This document shows, piece by piece, positions 1 to 13,400 of a DNA stretch of 48,428 nucleotides (position 1 is the stretch's first letter; the number at the start of each line of letters is the position of its first letter). The stretch comes from Choristocarpus tenellus KU-1152 (Eukaryota; Protista; Phaeophyceae). The notes beneath the pieces were generated by a model, which saw only the letters and a list, made by a program, of their open reading frames with translations, ran no database searches and was not told the DNA's origin. Location of the stretch: the NCBI GenBank assembly GCA_964200185.2, contig CAXNAD020000013.1, positions 1 through 48,428 on the forward strand. The letters run 5' to 3'. A program made the position numbers and the translations under genes.

Positions 1-1471
1 CAGAACAAACTATCATAATCTATATTCATTAGGGTACTCTTTATATCATTAAAACCACAGAATACCCTAATACCTTCAGCTATACAGCTCTTTTCTTAAA
101 CACAGTTATGTTTATGATGTATGCACTCCAATGCAGCATGGTTGCACTTGTCAGAATTTTTGAAGAGCTGGACAGTATGGTGGTCGTTGTAATAGAACAC
201 TAACTGGACGGTAGGGTACAGTAGGGTGAATGGCACACAATGTGGTTGGGGAATCCTGATAGTTGAGCACGATTTTCAGTTACTCCATGGTTGCCAAGAA
301 TCAGTTGTAGAGTAATGATGGTAGGGTGGTAGTATAATCGACTGGTGACATTTTCCCCAACCATAACCAATGGCTGTGACTGTAACTGTGAAAGAACCAC
401 TGTTGTTACTGAAGTTGTAACAATTTCGAACGGCCCTAAAAACATTTAGCCTTCGGAAAGAACTCCCATCACTCACAAGGCCTCTTTCATCCCCAGTTAC
501 ACTGCTTACTGATAGTACTCCGTGCACGATGACCCAGACAAATTTACATAATTGACCAGCGAGAGCTAAATTGATTGTAACTGTAAATTACAAATTGAGA
601 AACCAAGATAGAAATTGATCGTACATGGCATGGAATCCGGTATTGTAAATACTATAATATTAGCGAGATGCAACATAATGTGGCAGTTGTGGCATAAAGT
701 GTTGACCATCACTGACATTTCACAACATGGGCAACACATTTCACAGTAGTGTACAGCATACATGTGAAGAGCTCTTGTTCATATCCTGAAAAAAAAAAAT
801 TAGAGATACATATCCTAAAATTTAATTGCAATGTGAAAACTTCTGGTGACAAGGAACCTGTACTCTCATGAATGCCTACTGCAGTCCTGGGAATCAAAAG
901 TTTTGGCAGGTACTACAAAAATAATATCTGCTCAATTATTCAGTGAACTCAATTAGATTTGAAATGTGGATGAAGCGCACAGACTCTGTGGCAAATGAAG
1001 TGTCCAGTGCCATCAGAAAATTGCATGAGTGCATACAGACCGCGAGAAAATAACCTACAGAATCTAGCACCTAACACCTACATTTCTTATATTGATTATC
1101 TTCGATTGTTTGTAGCAATTCAATCACAACAATTCAAAACGCTACAAATGCCTACAAGTTTAGAATGAACAAGTCTGCCTTCTCCCTCCATTCTGGTGCA
1201 TTGGGGCTAAAGATATTGGTCAAGTTGTAATGCCTTGTAGGACCTATTGCTCAATGTGGAACACCATATAGGAGAAATGCGACAACAGTAAGCAATACAT
1301 TACTGTACATACAATATTGAACAATGTCCAACACTTTTTGTGAAATACATTGCAGAAAGTTCAATGTCCTGCACAAAATATTTAGACCAAGGAGGTGTCC
1401 CTAAGGGTATTGTGTGGTACATCCAAATGCTGTCCAACAGTAACCAGATATGACCTACCCGTCACCACACA

Positions 1472-4400
1472 CTACATTTTGTTTCCACCTCCACAACCTG
1501 CTACAATGAATGGCATTGCAAATCATAGGCGACACAGATATAGTGTTCAGAATAGATGTACAATAGGGTGAAAAGGGAGATTGAGAAACAGTGATGATAG
1601 GTGCAGAAGGTTGACCAATCTTTTTCCTGTTCTGCACTGAAGTCATAAAATCCTCTCAATAATGCGTATCTACCCTGAATTCAACTATCAACCATCATAT
1701 ATCAATTCCTACTGCCATTTGCTCAGGTAACTAATCCCTCTTATGCAACAGTACAATTCAGGGGTACACAGAGAGGAAGCAATGCAAACGCTCACTTTCA
1801 TGGTCCAAGAATATTGTCCTTACCAAATGGAAAGGTTGTGGCTCAATCAAGGAAAATTGTAAGACAAAGATCCCCCACGACAGGCTCTCTCTCACTGCAA
1901 AGCTTCAAAACTAAGAAGGAAATATGATAACTGCAAGAAATCATATTTATCCTTTAAAAGGAACATCCCCTGTCCGCCTGGAGTTTCAAGAAGTAAGGAG
2001 TTGTAGGGAAGGTTGTTCATTACCTCCACTTGAAATGTACTGCTTTTCAGATTCAAGTACCTGAGTGGAGGGTGTGCGCAAAGGTGGTTTGTAGAGTTGA
2101 TGGAGTTAGAACATCACAATTTGCCAAGAAAAACAGTGCATTAGATAACATAACATGTGCAGTATTCCACAACATCAGCTTAAGTAATTTCAATTTTTTC
2201 ATTACAGACAACAAGTCAGTCTCTCCCTACCTGTATTTGGAGCACTACTTAATACTACTTTCAAAGTATGCACATTCAACATAGATGAATTCCACTAACT
2301 ACTATTTGCATGTAATCATTTTTATTTTAATCAATGTAGTAGGTGGTACGTAGGATAATTTACATTTCTTTGATGACCCCTTGAGAAGAGTGGACAAACA
2401 GCCAACTTGTCTACTTACTAGCCTTAGCATGTGCCATTGTGTGTTAGGCCCCTGGGACTTATCTCTTAATCCGCATTATGGTGCATGTATTGTAGGTATT
2501 GTGCAGACGCAATAGCATGCAGTATTATCAAGTATGTAGTAACCAAAGCTTAAGACTCAGGAAATAACCCCTCGCATGTGAAGTACCCAAAGTACAATAT
2601 ATGTCAGGAAGATCAGTCAGCCTGCCTTAAGTTACATGTAACTAAATTGCTCCACATCAATATTTCAGTCGGGTCCCACGGTATTGTTTGGAGTCAACCT
2701 TACTAGAACAACAGTAGCGGTATATTAGTCTTCTCACTGATTTGTGCATTGTTACCTGACTACCCCTCTTGGTCTTGTGATACACATCTCACAAGAAGAG
2801 AGGGTACTGTAATTCGTCTACCTTGAGGAAACTGAAACATACACTTAACACCTGTGGTGAGACATGAAAATTATATACGTTGTGTCTACACTCACCCTCT
2901 CCTCACCCTTCTTGGACCCCAACAGGTCCCTAACTTTATGTCATTTCTCCCTTACTTGCTACCTTGTTGCAAAATTGTCATTATCAAATATGTCTGGGTA
3001 GAAAGTCTGTAGTACTTGCTGTCTGTCATTTGTAGGAAGACATAATGCCAAGTTGTGACGAACATCTTGTCAAATATGACCAATCAATTCCCCCTAAACC
3101 ACAAACACCAACCACCACCTCTACCCAGCAAACTATGTACCTACCTCATGTCGATACTGCAGTCGAATATCTGGTACATTTGACATACTAATGTCATTCC
3201 CATCAGCGCCCTGCGACATGTTTGTGAAAGTTGAAACAAAGCTGTTATATGAGAGAAAACATTGAAACATAAACAGTTACACTGTAACAATAAACCTCTG
3301 TGCAAAACCTTGTGTGGAAGTGGTTTGAGAGGTGATATGTTCCAATATATGTAACTGTACATTCAACACTTCCTCTAAAAAGGACACCCTCCAAGTGTGT
3401 TTTAACAGGAATATGTGAGGGCCGTGGCATCACACTGCATTTGTGGGAAATACCTAGACACAATGCACACTTAGCAATGAAGGGTGACCTGACCTGACAA
3501 TCTCCTCATTAACTACTGCTCTACAAAAGGTGGAAACCTGACCCTCAAAAATATGCAGCTTGCATTGTATTGATCAAAAAGTATTGAAAACATTTTTTGT
3601 TAGCTTTTAGGCATTCACGGTGTGGTCTTTTGACAAATGAAGGGAATGGAACAGCAACTTATAGCAATCAGCATCTCCTTTGAAGTATTCACTCACACCA
3701 TTTCAAAAACCCAACTGAAACGTAATGGATGGAGTACACCCTATCTATCCCTTGCAGTGTCTGCGGCCACAGGGGGCATACGGAGTGTGTCCTTGACTTG
3801 AGTTAGGGTGAATGCATGCATTGACCAACATTGGGGTTTAGAGGTGGTGTGTTTTGTGGTGGTCATGTTTTCTTCACACATCAACAATGTCATTCTCACA
3901 CACTTGAACAAGGTAACACTGGCACAACACCCCTTGATTCGTCTACAGCACATGGCCCCAAGCTTTTTCCTGGAAAACAAAGCTCTCAGACTAAATTGGT
4001 GCTAAGTGTTGAAATATGAATAGTTGATTGCTCCCTCTGTCCCATAAGTCTGCCCGTTAATCTGTAGCTCTTCAGGATGACCTCCGATTAGAAGACGAAC
4101 CTCTGTATTGGATTCCATGAAACATTCTACATTAAACACTGTCAACCCACCAATCCAGGGCCCCCATGGAGGCTGCTTGGTCTACTTCAACTGATCTAGC
4201 CAACCTGCCCTCCTGCTGCCCTTTTTTTGGTCCCAGTGTGCTCTACCTCAAAATCATTCCCCAGCAGCGTCCTTAACACCTGATTGTACCTCTACCCCTG
4301 ACTACCACACCCTCTCAAGCATGTCTGCATCGTACACGTGGAACATGCTTGAAACCCCCTCGACAAGTTCATCAATGGTGCCGTAATGCTCCACCCAAAC

Positions 4401-7400
4401 CCCGATCTTCAGAGATCCAATACACAAACCAAATTATTGATGTTGAGAGATCCGGCAACTGCACTGGTTGCATCACAAGCTAAATGTTCCATCCCTCCTC
4501 CATCCCTGCTGTGTTCAGCTTATGCACCGTGCCCTTGCCTGTATGTAGGGTCGCACCATCCTGCTGTATGGAGCCCCCCCCAATTCCAGCCACACCATTT
4601 TTTCTTTTATCACTGGCAACAGCTGCTCCGTGTGACACTCCTGGTACCACTCGGTGTCAATGGTGATATCAATGGTGATGTCAATGGTGATATCAATCTA
4701 CTACTCCTCACCCTTCGTGTTCTGTGCAGTAGTCTGTTCCACCTCCTTCATGACGCTAACCCGCCAGATCCTGATCTTGCCATTGAAATTATGGGAAGGA
4801 TCCAGGTGCGAAACGGTGGAGATGAACATCACTGTTGCGAATATGACTCTTATGCTGCACCTTCACCAAGCCCACCTTTTCCTCCCCTTGAAACATGCAC
4901 ACTATCTCTCATTTGTGGATGAGGTAGAACCATATCTTGTCAATGTGAATGGGGTCGAGGTCAGTCCTGTAGGTCTTGTGGTTGCAGGAGATCTGGTCGA
5001 GGATGAAGTCCACCCTGTTCTTTTAGTGAGAAAATGAAAGGCTAGGGGTGACCAGTTGCTGAACCCGAGTTGCCCCCATGACTTCAAGTCAGCGATGAAG
5101 CTTTGGGCTGCCGACTGCAAGGCCCACTTCGGCAATCTTGGTGAAAAGTTGGTCGATATTCAGTGTGCGATTACTGGCGTTGGATTTCCGGGATCTTTGA
5201 TTGTTTCGATGGAGTGAAGTCCAACGGACATTCAGATCGTGCTTGTGATTTCAGGGAGATGGTATTCCCCCTAACTGTTTGATGCATGTCCACACCCGTC
5301 TAGGGTGTCTCTCTCCCACTCCAAACTCTTTCACCAATTTAGACCCCACACCCCTCAGGAGCCTCTTGTGATTCAGAGAAAGAGCCAATACATAACACAG
5401 ATCAAGTGTGGTCCGACCTTCTCAGTCAGCTTGCATTTCTTTCCCTGAAACGGTGGGCTTTGTGCTGGGGATGACAGGCTATGGGGGCTCGCCATGGGGG
5501 TTGTGAGAGTGTTGTGCGGCTCCACACTGTAGCAGGAACATTCAAAAATGATAATACACCCCAATCTATGTTCCCTTCTTTCAGAACTATTTCAGAACAG
5601 CATTCTTTGTAGAATTCATTGAAATTTAGTACTTTAATGTAGAATAAGGAATCCAACATGAAAGTCTGTTCGAAATCAGTGGTCATCCCGGAGACCTACA
5701 TCTTAACAGCCCAGACCTATGGGACAAAGGGAGAATAGGGAGTAGAGTATATAAACAGACTCCAGCCATTGTTTGAAATAACAAGGCATTCGATACAAAA
5801 TTGCTTCAAGTGCCTCCCATTCAAGTGCCATTCAAGACAACAGGCATTAGAGACACAATAATAAAGGTTTTGAGCATTTTCATAAACACAAGAAGTTAGA
5901 TATCAAGTGGCTATGAGCAAGTGAGTCTGAGCAGTGTCCCATACATTTGATGCTGTGGATCAAATGACCCCAAATAACATGGTAGACAATGGCTCATAGC
6001 CATTGGTTGAAGAATAATGGATGGAGTGTTGAACCATATAAATGATAACAGACCCTGTAAGAGAAAATGAATTCAAGCATTGTCCTGAATAACACACATT
6101 ACGGATCGAGGGGCTTTCCTGCATACCCTGAAAGTTATGGACCAATCAATCACCTCTGGGTTGTAGAGAAAACAAATTATATGAAACAAAACGCATCAGT
6201 TATTAATACAACGTGCAGCTAAGTACAAGTAGTCTAGACCAGACCAGGGAAAACATGATTGCCTGTCTGGCCAACTCTTCTCTCCACCAGTGACTGTTCT
6301 GAAGGACAACAGCAAATTTTATCAAGTTGATACTTAAACATAAGCATTTTTTTTCTCATTTACCTCTTTCATTCTTAACTCTTTCTCTGTGTAAACTTAA
6401 TGAGAGTAGAAATTCATGGTGAATTACAAATCTTTGTATTGTACCCCCAAAGCATACCTTGTCATAATTTTCTCCAAGAAAGTGTTGCTTGAAGCGGTGT
6501 TCATACCCACTCTGCAGTACACTGTACCGGGCAATTTCACAAAGGTCTATTGAAGACAGCTTCCACACCTGTAGCACCAGTGCAGGTAATGTTCCATTAT
6601 ACACCATTCACATACAAACACACTGTTCCATTGCCTTTTGGTGCTGGGAGTGTAGGGCCATTTGGGCTTGGCACATGTAGGTACATGGGTGCAATATTAC
6701 AAAATGTCAGAACTAGATACACGCACAGTATAACCATTGAATCTGTAATTTCCTGTTCCATCAATCTATTCGATGTATCTACACAGAACAAATGAAGTAT
6801 GCACACAATACGACAAACACAATATTACATGTTACTATCTTACTGAAATCACTAACATGATTGGAATTCACCATCCTATAAAAAAACAACCCATATCCAA
6901 CACAGAAATAGGAAAAAAAAGTAAAAAATGTATCCAATACAACACACATACTGTGCTAATTAAAGCAAGTCTCAAGAGCAGGTATTGTTATCTGTCCATA
7001 GACTATATATAATGCACACTTCCAAGCAGCAGATACTTCCAGTAGTGCAGTTTAGGTTTTTCTTGAAGTGGCAATGCATGTTCAATTCCTTATTATAACC
7101 ATCTCTGATTGTTAGTTCTTTTCAAAAAAGCTGGGTGTTGTAACACACACTCACATTGCAGAACTTACACCTTAGTTCATGTTTGTTTTGTGATTGGTTA
7201 TTTCATATACATTTGACAGAAAGGGTGTGTCAATTGTAGGGTTAGGGATAATCGTATGTGTCACTTTTAGGCCCTATTTGAAGTGCAAGTTGGAAGGGGT
7301 ACGAACCAACAGTAAAAATCAAGGTCAGATGTCTCACAAAAACTTGAATATTTATTCTGCTAAACCAGGTAGGGTGACTAAGAACGGATTGTTCCATATA

Positions 7401-10400
7401 TTATTTGAGCACTGCGCAAGCACCTGGTGGATACTGCATAGTGCAGATGCTCTTCAAAAAATCTTCATTGGACCAAGTTACAATATAAAGTACTCCTTTG
7501 CCAATAAGGTCCTTGGATACACTTCAACCACCACAACTGAGGCAAAGAGTGAACAGATGGCAATAGCTTATACAAGACATTTTCTGTTTGATGTCATGAA
7601 TTGTTGCTGAATGGCTAGACTCAATGCTTAAATCGTAACTATGGCACCAACCTGATTACTGGTCTTGTTATGAGTGCTTGACCTATGTAACCATGTCTTA
7701 TTTGTCTTGCCAGCAACACTCACATTAGTAGATAAAGAGTAAAGTACGATACAACAAACATAAAGGGAACATATTGTTCCTTGAATGTGAGTATATATAG
7801 TGTCAAGTCATCCGAGATGAATAGTCCATCGAGATATAAACTAGATACCCCAAACCTAGACTATCTGTTCTTCAGTACATCAGCCATAAAAAGAGAATCC
7901 CGAACTCATTCAAACTGCAACTGTGAAGAGAGGAACATTTAGTACACTGACCAAACCAGGGCAACCCCACCTTTCATGGATTCTAAATCAACCTGAGTCC
8001 CTGAATTGACAGTCTAATATTAAAAGCATCCACTACATGCAGCAGAACTAAGATGAGGAGGTACTATTACTATATTGTGAACATCAAAGAAGACGCAAGT
8101 ACCATAATACAATCATTCCTTAATAGATACTATAAGAGTAGTAGTTTCTTGTGGATGTGATGAACTGTACTATATAGCTGGCTAGGCACAGAATAGCATT
8201 ATGTTCTGAAAATATAGAGTGCAATACACTGTAGAGAAGCTTCCAACTTCTCTGTCTGTGGTTTTTACTGTATCACACAAAATAGTAAAAATACACAGAA
8301 CTCTGTATGCAATTATGTCCTAACCTTCCTTTCCTCACTGAACACAACTCAACTCCAAGTAACATTGCCACAATTGATCCATTGATATGGTATGCTTACA
8401 CAAACTGATCCTGGATATGGATCCCATTTTTGATACAACAGTGATAATAACTGAATGGATTAAGTCATTCCAACATGGGACTAAACCAACCCAATTCAGA
8501 GTAAACTTGTCACTTTTCTGCCACACTGTACTTACCTGTCCTGCCACACTGTACTCCTCCAGAAGTGGGTCCTTTGTGTAATGCAGCATGAGCGGGTCGT
8601 CTGTTGAAAGGGAGACATTCATCCCTTGTGCAAAATACTTGGGGAATGGGTTCTTGGCGTAGTCCAGGAAGAGCTTGTTATTGGATAATGGACTTATGGC
8701 AATCCCCATTTGGGTGAGATAGTACAAGTAGTGCAGGCCTGGGTTCAAAGGCAAGGCATAGGCACGTGCTGAATACAAATTGTAGACATACAAGTATGAA
8801 GAGTGTAATAGGACCATGGATGTGCAGAGCTAGCTAAGGAAACATAAAGAGGAAATTGTCAGCCTGTTTTCTCCGGGTTGACAAGTACTGAAACAAGTGG
8901 AACAAAGGACATGACATCAAACATACCACAAATAGAGCCAGCATCAAATATGACACACAATCGCACCAGACATGAGAATAACCTATTTTATAATACAAGT
9001 TCAGGGATGCAGCAGTACAGAGTACTAAACAAGGGCAGTATTGTACTCCAAGTACTTTCAATATATCAAACACATGAAAGGCAAGGTGGACTCTGCACAC
9101 TAGTAACCAAGTCAGTCTACTGCAATATTATCATTTCCGAACCCTACAGCAATAGCAAGCCAACGCAAAGTGATTTGATGGAAATAGGAGGCAAGCAACT
9201 CTACTACAATAACAATCTGAATGTGAACGTGACTGAGCGGGTTGCTATGCATGTAATAAGTCAGCACTTCAAATCAGTGCACACTCAGAATAGTTCCACC
9301 TCTTTAGATAAGACATGTGAGAACAGGGAGAACAAAGACACACATTGCACGTCCAACACATACAAGACATAGAGTTCACACTTCAAGTAAGCTTACAGAC
9401 AATTCCTGTGAACATGTGCATTATACACATTGAGTTTTTGAATGTGATCTCACTGATAGAGAAGATAGAATGACTTTACATATGACAACATTTTGGAGAT
9501 CAAACAGCAGTCCACTCAAACATTGATTGTGCCAGCTTGAATTGTAGCTACTAAAAAAGAGCACAGTGATCTGCAGCACACCTAATATTTTCCTGAACAT
9601 GTTTGTTCTGTTCTTTCGAAGTATTTGTACATTCCCAGAAGAGACCATACCATTATATACTCCTTGGAGTAAATACACTTGGGAACTTTTCATTTCAAAA
9701 TTGAAAGTATTTAAGTTATTGCTGACACCATCAGTTTTCTTATCCACAACTCTAAGTTGAACACTCTGTAGAATCTCAAGACTCCCCAGGATCCATTTGC
9801 TTGAATTATTTTATAGTTCAATGTAATAATCAACTTATGTACAAGTAGAAGTAGAAGTAGACATGTATTGGAGCATAACTATTCAATGTGAAGGAGGTTA
9901 GCTTGGTTTTGGGATGCGTTCTAAAACAATCAAACAAATCTCAGCTACTATCTATGAGTAGAAATAACCTCTTGACCTCAATGACACATTTTTTTTTTCC
10001 ATCACTGAAATAAAGAAAATACAACGTAACATGTCACAATTTTGATTTTCAAGGTAAGGATAACATCTAATAATAGGAGGTTGTTGAGCACTGAAGGATT
10101 TGTATTGTATCACTTCCCAGTTTCCAATCAAAATCTTTAATTTTGACAAATTCCATTTCACAAACTTCATTGAAAAGACAATGCATCAACCATAGGCAGT
10201 ATATTATTACCATAGGCAGTATATTATTGTAGTAGTATAATCACATCTTTGCTCAAGGGGGTATCAATACAACCAATCTGTAACCCCACATAGAACAACG
10301 TAAGAATGAGCCTCACCTGGAGCCTTCCTAAGCAAAATGCCATGGTTGATCTGGTCAGCAAGCAGAAAGCTTGAAGATAGATGCTCAAGGTCTCCTGCTT

Positions 10401-13400
10401 CTCCACAGTGTGGACGGAACTCAAATGTATTGAGACCCTACAGTACAGTATCAGGAGGCAATAGCTTGCAGTGAATAATCATGAAGTTTTCACAACTACC
10501 AAAGGGCTTAAATGGCTGCATCATAAAATGTGTTCAACGTTGAACGAGTGTTTGAACATAGAGTCGGACAATGACATGGTTTATGTAAACGTATATAAGA
10601 ATATGGCACTGCTCCTATCTTCTTTCAATTTTACACACAGTTCACACTTCCTACTACCAATACTAATACAATTCAGAAATACATCAATGAGTTCAAGGAA
10701 AACATACTAAATGAACTGAAGGTAACCTCTTGAAAGGTGCTAAGTCCAAGGTAATGCTTTGTTCCATCACAATTGAAATCAATTTCGAGGATACTTAGAT
10801 TAGAATTGACAACAATACAAACTAAAGTGTCCATCACATTGCCTCGCAAAGCTGAGAGAGGGAGGATATATTGATATATTGACTATAAAATGGGGACAAC
10901 TGATGGGATTGGTCATACCATATCTACAACCTCATCTCCTCATATGGTCATCATATATCAAACAATAGCTTACTACCCTAGCCTGTAGTTGCCTAATTGA
11001 AGTTAATTTGCTGGGAGCATTCAATCAGTTGATGTCCTGACAAGACTAGTCATATGTTAGGAAGAGAATATTTGTGGATGCGTCCATCTCAATGAAGGGA
11101 AGTTGGTGTGGATATCGATGCCCCTCAAGCAAGGTAGGTGGTGGAGTGGTACATTTGGGGTTAGAATATCAGCAAGGAGGGGAAATGTATTGTAGCATAG
11201 CTTTAATTGATCCCCCAATTCCAGCCCTAGTGCTCTAGCAAAATAAATATTATACCGTGCTCGTTCTGTCTTGGTCCAATGTCATGCAATATATATATGA
11301 GTCCCAAGTGTCCGAACATGCAGAGACTGAGAGCAGGCATTGCCTTAGACATGTTCACTTAGTGCAGCTAGATATTGGCCAATGGCCAGGCAATATCAGT
11401 GAGAACTGACTGTTTCACCTCAAGTGAATATTTGCATATTCTCCCCTTTATCATCACTAATTACCTCCATCAACACCGTATAGTCATATTAACAAATATT
11501 CAGTCATAATAGATATCTAAGAACAAATGAATGTACCTGATTGCTAACCTACAATACCTGAGGTCTGCATGACACAATGTCTACATCAGAGTGTCACCTA
11601 CAATCAACCAATCCGGACAGTCTAGTGGGGTCAACACACAATAATAAAACAATCTGCAGAATAGGCTGTGCAACTATTTGTTCAGCTTATGAAATGACAT
11701 CATGCACTGTTAATAGCCATAAACTGAGTTGAAAACTGTTTACATGAAGAGAAGAAAGTCGTGAATAAGACACCTGTGTCACCTCATTTGCTCAGATATC
11801 ATAGTAACATAAGGCATGATCTATTGCAATATCAAAACATCACCCTGATTGATACCTTGAACATACAGAGTCCCCCCTCAGCTTATAATGGCCAACATCA
11901 ACCATGGCTACTGGACACCTTACCCCAACCAAGGACCATGGGACCAGTAGACACCAGATGAGTTCTTGGTTGACAAAGCATGTACTCAATGAGACAAGAG
12001 GCCACTGATAACCTCCAGTACTCACCTTAGACGCACGTAGGTGATTCAGACTGGTAAGGTTTGCTGCAATATAGTAGCTCCAGTAGTGGTATGGTGGATT
12101 ATCGGGAATGTCCCACACATCTGGGGTAGGCAGGTATCTGTTTAAAAGAGGTTACCATCATTCAAGTATCATTTTGGTGAATTCAACTCTGGTATTCAAC
12201 CTCTTTGATGTCAGAATATATTTATCTCTACAACATAATTTCATGCAACACCTTGAGTTGATTTCTACAAAAGCAGTAAGAGTGCCTCAAACACAACTTG
12301 TACCTCTCTGGGTGTAGTTGCACAGTCTCAACCTTGCTCTCATCATCCACAGAGTCAAAGCCAACCACAGTCTTCAGGAAGGCATGGAGAGGCAAATTTG
12401 CATCTGGGTTAACTGATACCTCAAATAGAGGAGAAAAAATGCGGTCAATCATGTCACCGAAGGTTTCCACCTGATGTGAACAAAATAATCACACACACAC
12501 AAACAAGTAACAACGTGGTGACAAACATGGCAAGGTGCAAGACAAAGACATCTGAGCAATGTACTGCATTTCAAGCACACATCTTATGTTTGCATCCTTG
12601 AAAGGAATACAAAAAACTCTGAAAATCTTATTGGTAATTGGAATCATAGGGGCAGATGAGATATTAACATCATAATCAACTGTAGCGATTCTTCTATTTG
12701 AGGGAAGTAGGGATCAGAAATAGAAATTCAAGAAATGCAGCACTGGGATTATTTTGGTGTCCTTGAAGTGGACACAAATATGAAGTAACAGTTGGACAGG
12801 CAACTCAAAGGCATTTAACCATCTCAACATTGCGGAGTCTGGACAATATATTGTCCATGATCAAATAGTTGGTTCAAATTGCACTCTATAGAACACATTC
12901 CGTAGATGACACAAGCACTTCAAATGAAATATAATATGGGAGAGTAATCAAAGAAGCTACTATCAAACCACAGGAAGAATCCTAGAACTTATCGCAAGAA
13001 ATTGCAAACCTGAACTTGCCTCTCCAATCTTCTTGTAGACGTGGTATAGCCTTGGGATTTGAATGAGCCACCGGACATTTTGTGAAGAGCAAAGCCGGTT
13101 GGTGTAGCACCAGCGAGACAATTTATCCCACTCACTCAGTTTCCGTCCATATATACTTAGCCTAAAAGTTCGTCAGAGGCAGAAGAGGGAAGTTAAGAAT
13201 CTACCATAAACAGTATCAACTAGTTGATTTTACAACTGTAGGTCAGTGTGTATGGTGCAGCACACACTTGTGCAGAGAAGATGGCAATGAATGAAGATAA
13301 TGAATGAAGATAATGAATGATGGCAATGAATGATGGCAATGAATGAAGATTATGAATGATGGCAATGAATGATGGCAATGAATGAAGATAATGAATGATG

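Noticed and set aside
276-570. Minus-strand FVWVI...DGSSFRRL peptide resembling LINE RNase H (SSFRAE)
   Set aside because: The similarity is too short and degenerate to support without a search.
4386-5037. Plus-strand ORFs of 178 and 127 aa
   Set aside because: They are antisense shadows of the dead mariner transposase.
7194-9372. Plus-strand ORFs 7194-7610 and 8878-9372 as nested genes
   Set aside because: No recognisable motifs and non-ATG starts, lying in or antisense to AMPD introns.
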